A DNA stretch of 64,000 bases from an uncultured Planctomycetia bacterium (GTDB taxonomy: Bacteria > Omnitrophota > Gorgyraeia > Duberdicusellales > 4484-171). The DNA is taken from positions 205,020 through 269,019 of the forward strand of contig CAZAYU010000002.1 of NCBI GenBank assembly GCA_964489445.1, read 5' to 3'. Under the pieces are notes generated by a model, which had not been told where the DNA came from, searched no databases, and saw only the letters and a program-made list of their open reading frames with translations. This document shows positions 1-8,442 of this stretch, one piece after another; positions within the stretch are counted from its first letter, which is position 1; each line of letters starts with the position of its first letter. A program made the position numbers and the translations under genes.

Positions 1-251
1 TCATTAAGGGGTGCAGGCTTTCTTGATGGTGCAGGAAGTTTTCCTTTTTTAAGGCATTTAGCACAAATCAACACTTTTTTTATTTTTCCCTCGATCACTG
101 CTTTTTTAGGTTGAAGATTGGGTAAAAATTTCCGTTTAGTAATACCGGTTGTTTTTTTACCTACTCCGCCTTTTTTCTTGGCTAATCCTTTTCTTGCGAT
201 CGAGGATCCGGTAATTGATTTTTTTCCACAAAATTCACAACGTCTACTCAT
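1..251 (-). CDS. rpmB: 50S ribosomal protein L28 (3' end runs off the window)
   Basis: Manual minus-strand translation from ATG at 251: MSRRCEFCGKKSITGSSIARKGLAKKKGGVGKKTTGITKRKFLPNLQ...ICAKCLKKG, an L28 signature with CxxC pairs; not in the ORF track because it has no stop in the window. Confidence 0.93.
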   Translation of the reverse strand, partial: MSRRCEFCGKKSITGSSIARKGLAKKKGGVGKKTTGITKRKFLPNLQPKKAVIEGKIKKVLICAKCLKKGKLPAPSRKPAPLN

Positions 252-642
252 TATGTATTCTTAGTTTATAGTGTTAGTATATTATTAGGTACGACAACTG
301 TTTAGTGTTCTAATATACTTCTAAATTTTATATTGTCAAGGAAAATATAAAATATTACGCAATTGTTAGAGGGCATTATCTTAATTTTGCTTAGTTTTTG
401 TTAATGTCAGAAGGATAACAGCATTTATTTATTTTATTTTATTTTTTACCTTGAAATTTAATGAGATATATGTTATAGGAATATAAGGTCTATTCGTGAA
501 AAACCGCTTTTATTAAGAAAATATGCACAGAAGCTCGAAAAAGGAAAAAAAGAGCTTTGTTAATTATTGATTCCCATAGGCTTAGTATGGGTTGTATAGA
601 GGGGTATAGAAAAGCAATAATTTGTAGAAAAGGAGGATATGA

Positions 643-984
643 ATGTACAAGGCATCTTTGGTTCTATTGCTAGCGATTGGTTTTTTAGCTGTTAGCGTCA
701 ATGGTTACGCTGAAGAGAAAGCAACACCAGTGACTAAATTAGTTAGAGGTCTTTCTAACCAAATTACATCGTGGATTGAAGTTCCTAAACAAGTTTATAA
801 GGTATCTACTGAAAGAGAACCGATTACCGGATTACTTTTTGGGTCGATTAAGGGTGTTTGTTATGGTGTAATACGTGCTGCGGAGGGAGTGTATGATATG
901 GTGTCATTTTTAGTTCCACCTTATGACAAGCCATTAATGACTCCGGAGTTTGTTTCTGAAGGTTGGGATGATATTTCTGATTAA
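643..984 (+). CDS. Small secreted/membrane protein resembling the TIGR04073 'exosortase system-associated' family
   Basis: Signal peptide; KLVRGLSN..SWIEVPK and G..KGV...V.RA.EG.YD..SF..P pattern recalled for this family; SD AGGAGG upstream. Confidence 0.55.
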   Translation: MYKASLVLLLAIGFLAVSVNGYAEEKATPVTKLVRGLSNQITSWIEVPKQVYKVSTEREPITGLLFGSIKGVCYGVIRAAEGVYDMVSFLVPPYDKPLMTPEFVSEGWDDISD

Positions 985-1037
985 TTAAAAGTAAGATAAT
1001 TAATAGTTGGCTATGAAAGGAGAATAACTATCAAACG

Positions 1038-2096
1038 TTATTCTCCTTTCATATTTTGAAGGACAGTTTCTATTTTTTTCAAAAATGCCGTATTATCATT
1101 TTTTTGGCAAAGATCTTCAGCTTCTTTAAGGTATTTTAATGCTTGTTTGGCTTTTCCTGTTGCTATATAAGTCATGCTAATGTTGTATGGTATTTTAGGA
1201 TTTTGATGGTCAAGCTTAGCAGCTTTAACGAATGCTTTTAAAGCCAAGTTGTATTTTTTTGATTTTCCGTAAACACTGCCTAGGTTTAAATAAGCTTTGG
1301 CCATTTGTGGATCAAGTTTTAAAGCATTCTTAAAGCATTCTTCTGCTTTTAAAAATTGTACTTGCCGGTCATATATTACACCTAAGCGATAGTAGGCTTC
1401 GGGGTTATCTGGCTTTAGAGAAATACTCTTTTTAATCAAAAGTATTGCCTTGTCGTTATCTTTATTAAATTTCTGCGAGCCTTCTTTTAAAAACTTATTA
1501 GCCATATTCAATGATTCTTTATCTGTAGGTATTTTTGGGGAACCTTTAGCCTTTGGCGGTAGCTGTTTTTTATTGCTATTTTTTGATGTGTCTTTATTTT
1601 TTTCTTTTATATTCTTCGAGCTCATTGCTAATCCGTGTTTTGCGTTGTCAAACGATGGCTTAGTTTCAAGAGCTAAAGAGAAATATTCAATGGCTTGTTG
1701 ATAATTTTCTTTAATGTGTGAACATATTCCTAGATTATAGAAAATAATGCTCTTGTTTGCTTGTTTGTTAAGTAATAATTTTTCTGCTCTCTTGAGTAGT
1801 CTTTCTGCTTCATCAATGTTGCCTTGGTGAATGTTAATTATTCCTAGATATAAATAAGCCTCAGGCATATTTGGCAAAAATCCTTGAGCTTTTTTAAACC
1901 ATGTAGCTGCTTTTGGATATTGGTTTTGATTTAAAAGAACTAACCCTTCAGAGACATACTGTTCGTAGCGATTAACCATTGAGGGATTCTCTGAGGGGGG
2001 AGTATAAATAATGTTTTTAGCGCAATAGGCGATAGGATTTTGGGTGAAGGAAAGTAAGCAGATTAGTGAAATAAATAGCAACCTTGTTGTTCTCAT
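1038..2096 (-). CDS. Secreted tetratricopeptide-repeat protein
   Basis: Signal peptide; repeated TPR motifs (AYLYLG, FYNLG, AYYRLG, AYLNLG) in two blocks separated by a Lys-rich linker. Confidence 0.85.
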   Translation of the reverse strand: MRTTRLLFISLICLLSFTQNPIAYCAKNIIYTPPSENPSMVNRYEQYVSEGLVLLNQNQYPKAATWFKKAQGFLPNMPEAYLYLGIINIHQGNIDEAERLLKRAEKLLLNKQANKSIIFYNLGICSHIKENYQQAIEYFSLALETKPSFDNAKHGLAMSSKNIKEKNKDTSKNSNKKQLPPKAKGSPKIPTDKESLNMANKFLKEGSQKFNKDNDKAILLIKKSISLKPDNPEAYYRLGVIYDRQVQFLKAEECFKNALKLDPQMAKAYLNLGSVYGKSKKYNLALKAFVKAAKLDHQNPKIPYNISMTYIATGKAKQALKYLKEAEDLCQKNDNTAFLKKIETVLQNMKGE

Positions 2097-2173
2097 TATT
2101 TTCTCCTTTTTGTAATATTTTGCTAGCTTACATAATGATAAATGAATTATCTATCTATTTTATGATTTTTATT

Positions 2174-4111
2174 TTAAGGTTTTTGACGTAATTGTTTTTC
2201 AGCGTCGATAATACCCCGATTTACTTTTTTTAAACAATTTATTATTTTTATTTTGAGAGAACTATTTATTTCGTTTGACGAACTAAGTTCTCTAAATACT
2301 TGGATACTCATTCTAAAATATCTAACGATTTCACCTTCGTCAATATTTGATATTTTACTAAGATGTAAAAAGTTAAAACCGTTAAACCAGGCTTCCGCTA
2401 CATAGCTTAAATGGAAAAACATTTTTTTACTTGCAGGAAAAATTCGAAAATCTTTTTCTTTTCGGTGGATATTACGGGAAAAACGATTTGCTTCTTTTAC
2501 GATTAATTTTATTTTTTTATTCAATTTCGGTCGTCGCTCTCCTTTTCGTGGTTCATAGACTAAGGCAGTTATTAGCGTAAACAAGCTGAGCTCGTCAAGA
2601 CTGTCTAGGTATCCGTTTTCAAACATTTCACCGATTGATAATTCAAAACTATATACTTTAGCGGCAAGTCGGGCTTTTGTGCTTATACCTTGGCTGGTTA
2701 TATAGTTTAAGTCTTTAAGTAATGATATCTTTCGTTTAAGTAGGTTTAGGGTTTCTTTCTTTTCCCAATTTTTACTTTGGTGGGAATGAAATGATTTAGG
2801 GTAGATATTGTAAATTGTTTCACCCATTATTTTATACAGATTCAAAATTGTTGCGTAACAAGAATTTAATTGGCTTTTAATTGGTTCGTATTTTCCGCAA
2901 ATAATGTCTTCTAGAGAAGGAAGATCAATGTGTGAAGGGTTTATGCGAGTAAATACGAATCCTTCTTTGTCAATGCTGCGACGTCCGGCTCTTCCAGCCA
3001 TTTGGTAAAAGTCTCGAGTTTTTAAGTATCCGTGATATTTCCCGTAAAATTTGCTTAGTGTATCAAAAACAACTGCTTTTGCTGGCATATTTATTCCGAG
3101 AGCAAATGTTTCTGTTGTGAATATTAGCTTTATTAATCCGGTAGCAAACAATCTTTCAATTATTTCTTTTACTGTAGGTAGAAGTCCGGCATGGTGATAA
3201 GCAATGCCTCTTTTTATAAGGGGAAACAAAAAGCTAGCATGTTGGGAGTCGGAGATATCAAATTTTTTTGCTAATGCCTGTAATATTTTAATGATTGCTG
3301 TTTGTTCCTCGGAAGTAAGGAGGCTAAGGTGACTTGTTTCGTTTGCCATTTCCTCACAACGGCGTCGAGAAAAAGAAAAGTAAACACAAGGATGAGCGTT
3401 TAGTTTTTTAATATCATTTAACAGATCTTTTACACGGTTAGGTTGAGAAAGAAAATATTTTTCTTGATAAGATGGCTTTTCTAATTTTCTGGAAAGAAAA
3501 GATGAATGCCTAAGGGCATCAAAATCAGGGAATAATGAATTATTACATTGAAAGAAAAAATGCAATGGCACGGGGCGTATTTTTTCAATTACTATTTTTA
3601 CCGGAAAAGAGTGGACCGTGTTTAACCATCCGGCAAACTCATGGATATTGGATATAGTCGCGCTTAATGCTAATATCTTGATTTGGGGAGGTAAGAGTAT
3701 TATTGTTTCTTCCCAAACTGTGCCCCTTTCAATATCGTCAAGGTAATGAATTTCGTCGAAAATTACCCATTGACGATCTTCAAATTCTTGAGGGTTAACC
3801 AAAATAGCATTACGGAATATTTCTGTAGTCATAATTAGTATTTTAGCATTTCTGTTTATACTGACGTCTCCAGTGAGTATTCCTGTTTGGGAGGGATATT
3901 TTTTGCAAAAATCACGGAATTTTTGGTTACTTAAAGCTTTAATTGGAGCAGTGTAGATGATTCCTTTATTAGCTTTAATGGAACTTTCGATTATATGTTC
4001 AGCGATTAATGTCTTTCCGGCTCCGGTGGGTGCACTAACGATTACCGAATTATTATTACGGGCGTGGAAAATTGCTTCTTTTTGAAATGGGTCAAGATTA
4101 ATTTTTTTCAT
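2174..4111 (-). CDS. Ski2/HelY-like DEAD/DEAH-box RNA helicase
   Basis: Motifs APTGAGKT, PIKALSNQK, DEIH, SAT, HHAGL, TETFALGINMPA, QMAGRAGRR; start reset to ATG at 4111 (MKKINLDPFQ) because the longer ORF reads through tRNA-Leu. Confidence 0.9.
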   Translation of the reverse strand: MKKINLDPFQKEAIFHARNNNSVIVSAPTGAGKTLIAEHIIESSIKANKGIIYTAPIKALSNQKFRDFCKKYPSQTGILTGDVSINRNAKILIMTTEIFRNAILVNPQEFEDRQWVIFDEIHYLDDIERGTVWEETIILLPPQIKILALSATISNIHEFAGWLNTVHSFPVKIVIEKIRPVPLHFFFQCNNSLFPDFDALRHSSFLSRKLEKPSYQEKYFLSQPNRVKDLLNDIKKLNAHPCVYFSFSRRRCEEMANETSHLSLLTSEEQTAIIKILQALAKKFDISDSQHASFLFPLIKRGIAYHHAGLLPTVKEIIERLFATGLIKLIFTTETFALGINMPAKAVVFDTLSKFYGKYHGYLKTRDFYQMAGRAGRRSIDKEGFVFTRINPSHIDLPSLEDIICGKYEPIKSQLNSCYATILNLYKIMGETIYNIYPKSFHSHQSKNWEKKETLNLLKRKISLLKDLNYITSQGISTKARLAAKVYSFELSIGEMFENGYLDSLDELSLFTLITALVYEPRKGERRPKLNKKIKLIVKEANRFSRNIHRKEKDFRIFPASKKMFFHLSYVAEAWFNGFNFLHLSKISNIDEGEIVRYFRMSIQVFRELSSSNEINSSLKIKIINCLKKVNRGIIDAEKQLRQKP

Positions 4112-4125
4112 GGATAAATAGATGA

Positions 4126-4209
4126 TGCCGGAGGAGGGAGTTGAACCCTCACCTCCTTGCGGAGACTGGATTTTGAGTCCAGCGCGTCTGCCAATTCCAC
4201 CACTCCGGC
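4126..4209 (-). tRNA. tRNA-Leu(CAA)
   Basis: GCCGGAGTGGTGGAATTGGCAGAC...CTGGA-CTCAAAA-TCCAG...long variable arm...GGTTCAACTCC...CTCCGGCA; CCA not encoded. Confidence 0.95.
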
Positions 4210-4226
4210 TTAAAAATGAATAAAAA

Positions 4227-4284
4227 ATGATAACACTACTAATTTTCTTTGTCAATTGACAATTTCTAATGCGGATGCTATATT
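4227..4284. promoter_or_regulatory. Back-to-back divergent sigma70-type promoters
   Basis: Palindrome TGTCAATTGACA (4250-4261). Minus strand: TTGACA-17-TATCAT with TG extension. Plus strand: TTGACA-17-TATATT with TG extension. Confidence 0.7.
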
Positions 4285-4481
4285 TAAATGTTTCAAGTTA
4301 GTCAAATAGGGTTTTGTGTTTATTTGTTATGTGTAAAAAATAGCAAAAGCTATATTGGGCTTATGAACAATTAACAAGGAATTATGTCTAGGACAAATTA
4401 TTACTTTATTTAAGGCGTCCCAGGGCTATATCTTTGAGTATTTAGGAAAATAAAGAATAATATTGAGTATACTTGTTTAAT

Positions 4482-4554
4482 GGGGCCGTAGTTCAGCTGG
4501 GAGAACGCTACGCTGGCAGCGTAGAGGTCGAGGGTTCAAATCCCTCCGGCTCCA
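4482..4554 (+). tRNA. tRNA-Ala(GGC)
   Basis: GGGGCCGTAGTTCAGCTGGGAGAACG-CTACG-CTGGCAG-CGTAG...GGTTCAAATCCCTCCGGCTCCA; G3:U70 acceptor pair; CCA not encoded. Confidence 0.95.
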
Positions 4555-4734
4555 CAGTTTTCTATAAGGTGTAAAGTTATCAGTGGAAGCAGAAGGGATA
4601 AACTTGTGATAAAAGTTATTTGGATACAACGATAAAGTCTGACTTATCTCTGCCTTCGGCAGAGGTTGTATGCAAATCCCTCCGGCTCCACAGTTTTCTA
4701 TAAGGTGTAAAGTTATCAGTGGAAGCAGAAGGGA
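4537..4734 (+). repeat. Perfect 62-bp direct repeat (4537-4598 and 4673-4734) containing the last 18 nt of tRNA-Ala, flanking a 74-bp palindromic spacer
   Basis: CAAATCCCTCCGGCTCCACAGTTTTCTATAAGGTGTAAAGTTATCAGTGGAAGCAGAAGGGA occurs twice with a 136-bp period. Confidence 0.95.
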
Positions 4735-4745
4735 GGAGGGTTACG

Positions 4746-5612
4746 TTGCTAAAACTAGGGGTTCATGTGTCAATCGCCGGGCATATTTATAATGCTGTAG
4801 ACAGGGCTAAGGACCTAGAGTGTAATACTATGCAGATTTTTTCACGTAATCCTCGCCAGCGAAGAAAAACAGAATTAAGCTTAGAAGATATTGTATTGTT
4901 TAAGCAGAAAGTAAGCGCTGCAAAAATTAATCCGGTGATTATTCATATCCCGTATGTTTTGAATTTAGCTTCGGCAAGTAAGAGTTTTTACAAGGTTACA
5001 GTAAGAGAATTTATCTCCGACCTTATCGAGGCTGATAAGCTAGGCGTTCGATATTTAGTAACTCACATGGGTTCGTTTAAAGGTGGGACAGAAATAGGGG
5101 GCCTTAAACGCGTGACGAATGCTCTTAACAAGATTATTAAAGAAACTGTGGGAGTAAAGACGATAGTGTTGTTAGAAAATACTGCAGGAAGCGGAAGTTG
5201 GCTAGGGTATAATTTTGCTCAAATAAAATTTGTTTTTGAGGGGCTGAATTCTCCTCAGCGAACAGGAGTATGCTTAGACACTGCACATGCTTGGGCAGCA
5301 GGATACAAAATAGATTACCGGAAAGGAGTGGATAGTTTAGTTGAAGAAATAGACCGGGAAATAGGTGTGGAACGTTTAATGGCAGTCCATCTCAACGATA
5401 CACTTGAAGATTTTAATTCTCGACGTGATCGTCATTTTGCGATTGGTGAAGGTAAAATCGGAAGAAGAGGTCTCAAAGCCATCTTGTGTCACCCAAAATT
5501 AAAAAATTTGCCGTTTATCTTAGAGACGCCAAAATTAGACGAGAATGATGATCTAAAAAATTTAAAAACAGCAAGAAAACTATACAAAGATGGAATACTC
5601 AAAAAAAATTGA
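4746..5612 (+). CDS. nfo: Endonuclease IV (AP endonuclease)
   Basis: LGVHVSIAG, QIFSRNPR, IHIPY, THMG, LENTAG, CLDTAH, VHLND, DRH, ILETP; likely TTG start at 4746 after SD GGAGG. Confidence 0.93.
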   Translation: MLKLGVHVSIAGHIYNAVDRAKDLECNTMQIFSRNPRQRRKTELSLEDIVLFKQKVSAAKINPVIIHIPYVLNLASASKSFYKVTVREFISDLIEADKLGVRYLVTHMGSFKGGTEIGGLKRVTNALNKIIKETVGVKTIVLLENTAGSGSWLGYNFAQIKFVFEGLNSPQRTGVCLDTAHAWAAGYKIDYRKGVDSLVEEIDREIGVERLMAVHLNDTLEDFNSRRDRHFAIGEGKIGRRGLKAILCHPKLKNLPFILETPKLDENDDLKNLKTARKLYKDGILKKN

Positions 5613-8064
5613 CACTAAGTGGCAAAATTATTGGGATGAACAGGGCTTATTTAAAGTAAATATAAAGCAGGATTCTTCTCGTAAATATTATTGCTTAGTC
5701 ATGTTTCCTTATCCTTCTAGCGAGTTGCATGTTGGGCATGCACGCAATTATGTTATTGGTGATGCTGTGGCTCGCTACAAAAAGATGCAAGGGTTTTCTG
5801 TTCTAAATCCTATGGGTTGGGATGCTTTTGGGCTTCCGGCAGAAAATCAAGCCATTAAACATAAAATTCACCCTCGAGATTGGACGTTAAAAAACATTAT
5901 ACGGATAAAAGAACAGCTTAAAAGCTGGGGGATTAGCTACGATTGGGCAAAAGAAATTACTACTTGTTTACCTGATTATTACCGGTGGACTCAATGGATT
6001 TTTTTAAAGCTATACAAGAAAAAACTTGCTTATCGTCGTCTTGCTCCGGTTAATTGGTGTGAGTCTTGCAAAACTGTTTTAGCTAACGAACAGGTTATTG
6101 ATGGTGAATGTGAAAGATGTTCAACTGCGGTTGTGCAAAAAAATTTAAAGCAGTGGTTTTTTAAAATAACTGATTATGCTGAAAGGCTTCTGGATGATTT
6201 AAAATTATTAAGAGAATGGCCAGAGAGAGTCTGTTTAATGCAAGACAATTGGATTGGTAAATCAGAAGGAGTTGAGATTAATTTTCCTGTAGATGATTCT
6301 GATTACTTATTAAGTTGTTTTACTACTCGTGTGGACACTATTTTTGGTGCGACATTTATTGCTTTAAATTGGAGCCATCCTTTTGTGGATAATATTATTA
6401 ATAGTGGTTTTGCTGGTCCGGAAATAAGAGAATTTATTAGCAAAGTAAAAGGGCAGTCATTGTCACCTCGAATCTTGGGCGACATTCAAAAAGAAGGAGT
6501 ATTCACTGGTAAATTTGCAATAAATCCGATGACTAAAGAGAAAATACCAATTTGGCTTGCTAATTATGTGCTTACTGGTTATGGTACAGGGGCAATCATG
6601 TGTGTTCCTGCCCATGACAAGCGTGATTTTGATTTTGCTTTGAAATATGGATTATCAGTCAAGCAGGTAGTTAAGCCGATCAATGATGACCAGCGACTTG
6701 GCCATAGTTTAGAGAAAGTGTTTGAAAATGAAGGAGTATTAATTGATTCTGAGCAATTTTCCGGATTCACTTCTCAAGAAGCAAAAAAGGATATTGCTGT
6801 TTTTATGGAAGAAGAGGGCATTGGGAAGATGAGGGTCAATTACAAACTGCGTGATTGGCTAGTGTCTCGACAGCGTTACTGGGGAGCGCCAATACCTGTT
6901 GTATATTGTAAACAATGCGGAGAGCAGGCTGTTCCTGAAGAACAGTTACCGGTTTTACTTCCGGAAGTAGAAGAATTTTTACCTACAGGGCAGTCGCCAC
7001 TAACGCACAGTCAAGAGTTCATGAAGGCTATATGCCCTTGCTGTGGCCGAGAAGCTCAACGGGAAACAGATACTATGGATACTTTTGTTGATTCTAGCTG
7101 GTATTATCTTCGCTATATATCTTCTGACAATCAGAATGTTCCTTTTGTCCGTGAGGATGTTGATAAATGGCTTCCTGTAGATCAATATGTTGGCGGGGTG
7201 GAGCATGCGATACTACATTTAATGTATTCTCGATTTATCAATAAATTCTTGATGGATGAAGGATTACTAAGTTTTTCTGAACCATTTAAACGTTTGTTTA
7301 CACAAGGAATGATTATTAAAGACGGAGCAAAAATGTCTAAGTCTAAAGGAAACGTAATTGCCCCGGACTATATTATTGATAAGTGTGGTGCGGATGTCAT
7401 GAGGCTTTATATATTGTTTATGGGCCCGGCTCAAAAAGACGCCGAATGGCAAGATGAGGGGCTGCAAGGTTGCCGGAGATTTATTCAACGAGCTTTACGT
7501 TTAGTAGATATTTTAAAGGAATATGATTCATCTGGCGCTCAAACGCTGGATTCGTCTAAGAAGGATGATTCGCGAATAAATGATCTTCTGAAAAAAATGC
7601 ACTTGACAATTAAAGATGTAACAGATGATCTGGAAGGAGATTTCCAATTTAATACAGCAATAAGCAAGATTATGGAATTAGTAAATCAAACTTATAAGTG
7701 TTTAAGCGGGGGCAATATTGAGCAACAAGTATTAAAAAATGTGGTTGATGTTGTTTTTTTACTTCTTGCCCCGTTTACCCCACATATCAGTGAGGAAGTA
7801 AATCAGATTATTGGCAATGATGTTTCCATATTTGTTAGAAGTTGGCCAGAATCAGACCAAGATTATTTACGTGAAGAGACAATAGAGATTCCAGTATTAG
7901 TTAATGGTCGGGTCAGAGATAGAATTGTTATAAATGCCAGTTGGCCAGAGAGTCTAGTCAAAGAAGCAGCTCTTGCTTCTGAAAAGATTAAGAAAAACTT
8001 CACAGAAACGCCCCCAAAAAAGGTTATCTACGTTGACAAAAAAATAGTTAATATCGTTCTTTAA
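5590..8064 (+). CDS. leuS: Leucine--tRNA ligase
   Basis: MFPYPS..LHVGH, GWDAFGLPAEN, SRQRYWG, GGVEHAILH, KMSKSKGN. Confidence 0.97.
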   Translation: MEYSKKIDTKWQNYWDEQGLFKVNIKQDSSRKYYCLVMFPYPSSELHVGHARNYVIGDAVARYKKMQGFSVLNPMGWDAFGLPAENQAIKHKIHPRDWTLKNIIRIKEQLKSWGISYDWAKEITTCLPDYYRWTQWIFLKLYKKKLAYRRLAPVNWCESCKTVLANEQVIDGECERCSTAVVQKNLKQWFFKITDYAERLLDDLKLLREWPERVCLMQDNWIGKSEGVEINFPVDDSDYLLSCFTTRVDTIFGATFIALNWSHPFVDNIINSGFAGPEIREFISKVKGQSLSPRILGDIQKEGVFTGKFAINPMTKEKIPIWLANYVLTGYGTGAIMCVPAHDKRDFDFALKYGLSVKQVVKPINDDQRLGHSLEKVFENEGVLIDSEQFSGFTSQEAKKDIAVFMEEEGIGKMRVNYKLRDWLVSRQRYWGAPIPVVYCKQCGEQAVPEEQLPVLLPEVEEFLPTGQSPLTHSQEFMKAICPCCGREAQRETDTMDTFVDSSWYYLRYISSDNQNVPFVREDVDKWLPVDQYVGGVEHAILHLMYSRFINKFLMDEGLLSFSEPFKRLFTQGMIIKDGAKMSKSKGNVIAPDYIIDKCGADVMRLYILFMGPAQKDAEWQDEGLQGCRRFIQRALRLVDILKEYDSSGAQTLDSSKKDDSRINDLLKKMHLTIKDVTDDLEGDFQFNTAISKIMELVNQTYKCLSGGNIEQQVLKNVVDVVFLLLAPFTPHISEEVNQIIGNDVSIFVRSWPESDQDYLREETIEIPVLVNGRVRDRIVINASWPESLVKEAALASEKIKKNFTETPPKKVIYVDKKIVNIVL

Positions 8065-8073
8065 GGAAAAACG

Positions 8074-8439
8074 ATGTTTTATCTTACCCATCAAGAAAGA
8101 AAGATTCTTCTTTTAATCGGAGCGTTGATTTTTATTGGAGCGGTTATCCGTTTTGCTTATTTTAAAGATGCTTTTGTCCAACAGCCAGTTAAGAACAATG
8201 TGGTGAGCAACCAAGATGGTGTTTTATCTGGTGATAATTTCTCACAATCAATCATAAATATAAATAAAGCATCTCGACAGAGGCTGGAAAGTATTCCGGG
8301 AGTAGGAAAAGTAATCGCACAAAGGATTGTTGACTATCGTAATGACAATGGGTCGTTTAATAGCGAGGAAGATTTAATGAAAGTTAAGGGAATTGGTTTA
8401 AAAAAAATAAAGATTATCCAAACGTATATTTCATTTTAA
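8074..8439 (+). CDS. comEA: ComEA-family helix-hairpin-helix DNA-binding protein
   Basis: N-terminal TM; ININKAS...LESIPGVGKVIAQRIVDYR...VKGIG. Confidence 0.88.
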   Translation: MFYLTHQERKILLLIGALIFIGAVIRFAYFKDAFVQQPVKNNVVSNQDGVLSGDNFSQSIININKASRQRLESIPGVGKVIAQRIVDYRNDNGSFNSEEDLMKVKGIGLKKIKIIQTYISF

Positions 8440-8442
8440 GTT

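Noticed and set aside
4112-4255. N-terminal 48 aa of the 693-aa helicase ORF in the track
   Set aside because: It is a read-through of the tRNA-Leu gene and its promoter; helicase-like sequence starts at ATG 4111
4290-4481. T-box or other ncRNA in the leader before tRNA-Ala/leuS
   Set aside because: No T-box consensus (AAGGTGGTACC-like) and only weak AT-rich pairing
4537-4734. CRISPR array or intact integrative element
   Set aside because: Only two repeats, 62 bp long and tRNA-derived; no cas, integrase or cargo genes
4719-4745. GTG start for nfo at 4719
   Set aside because: It lies inside the repeat; the SD at 4732-4740 supports TTG at 4746
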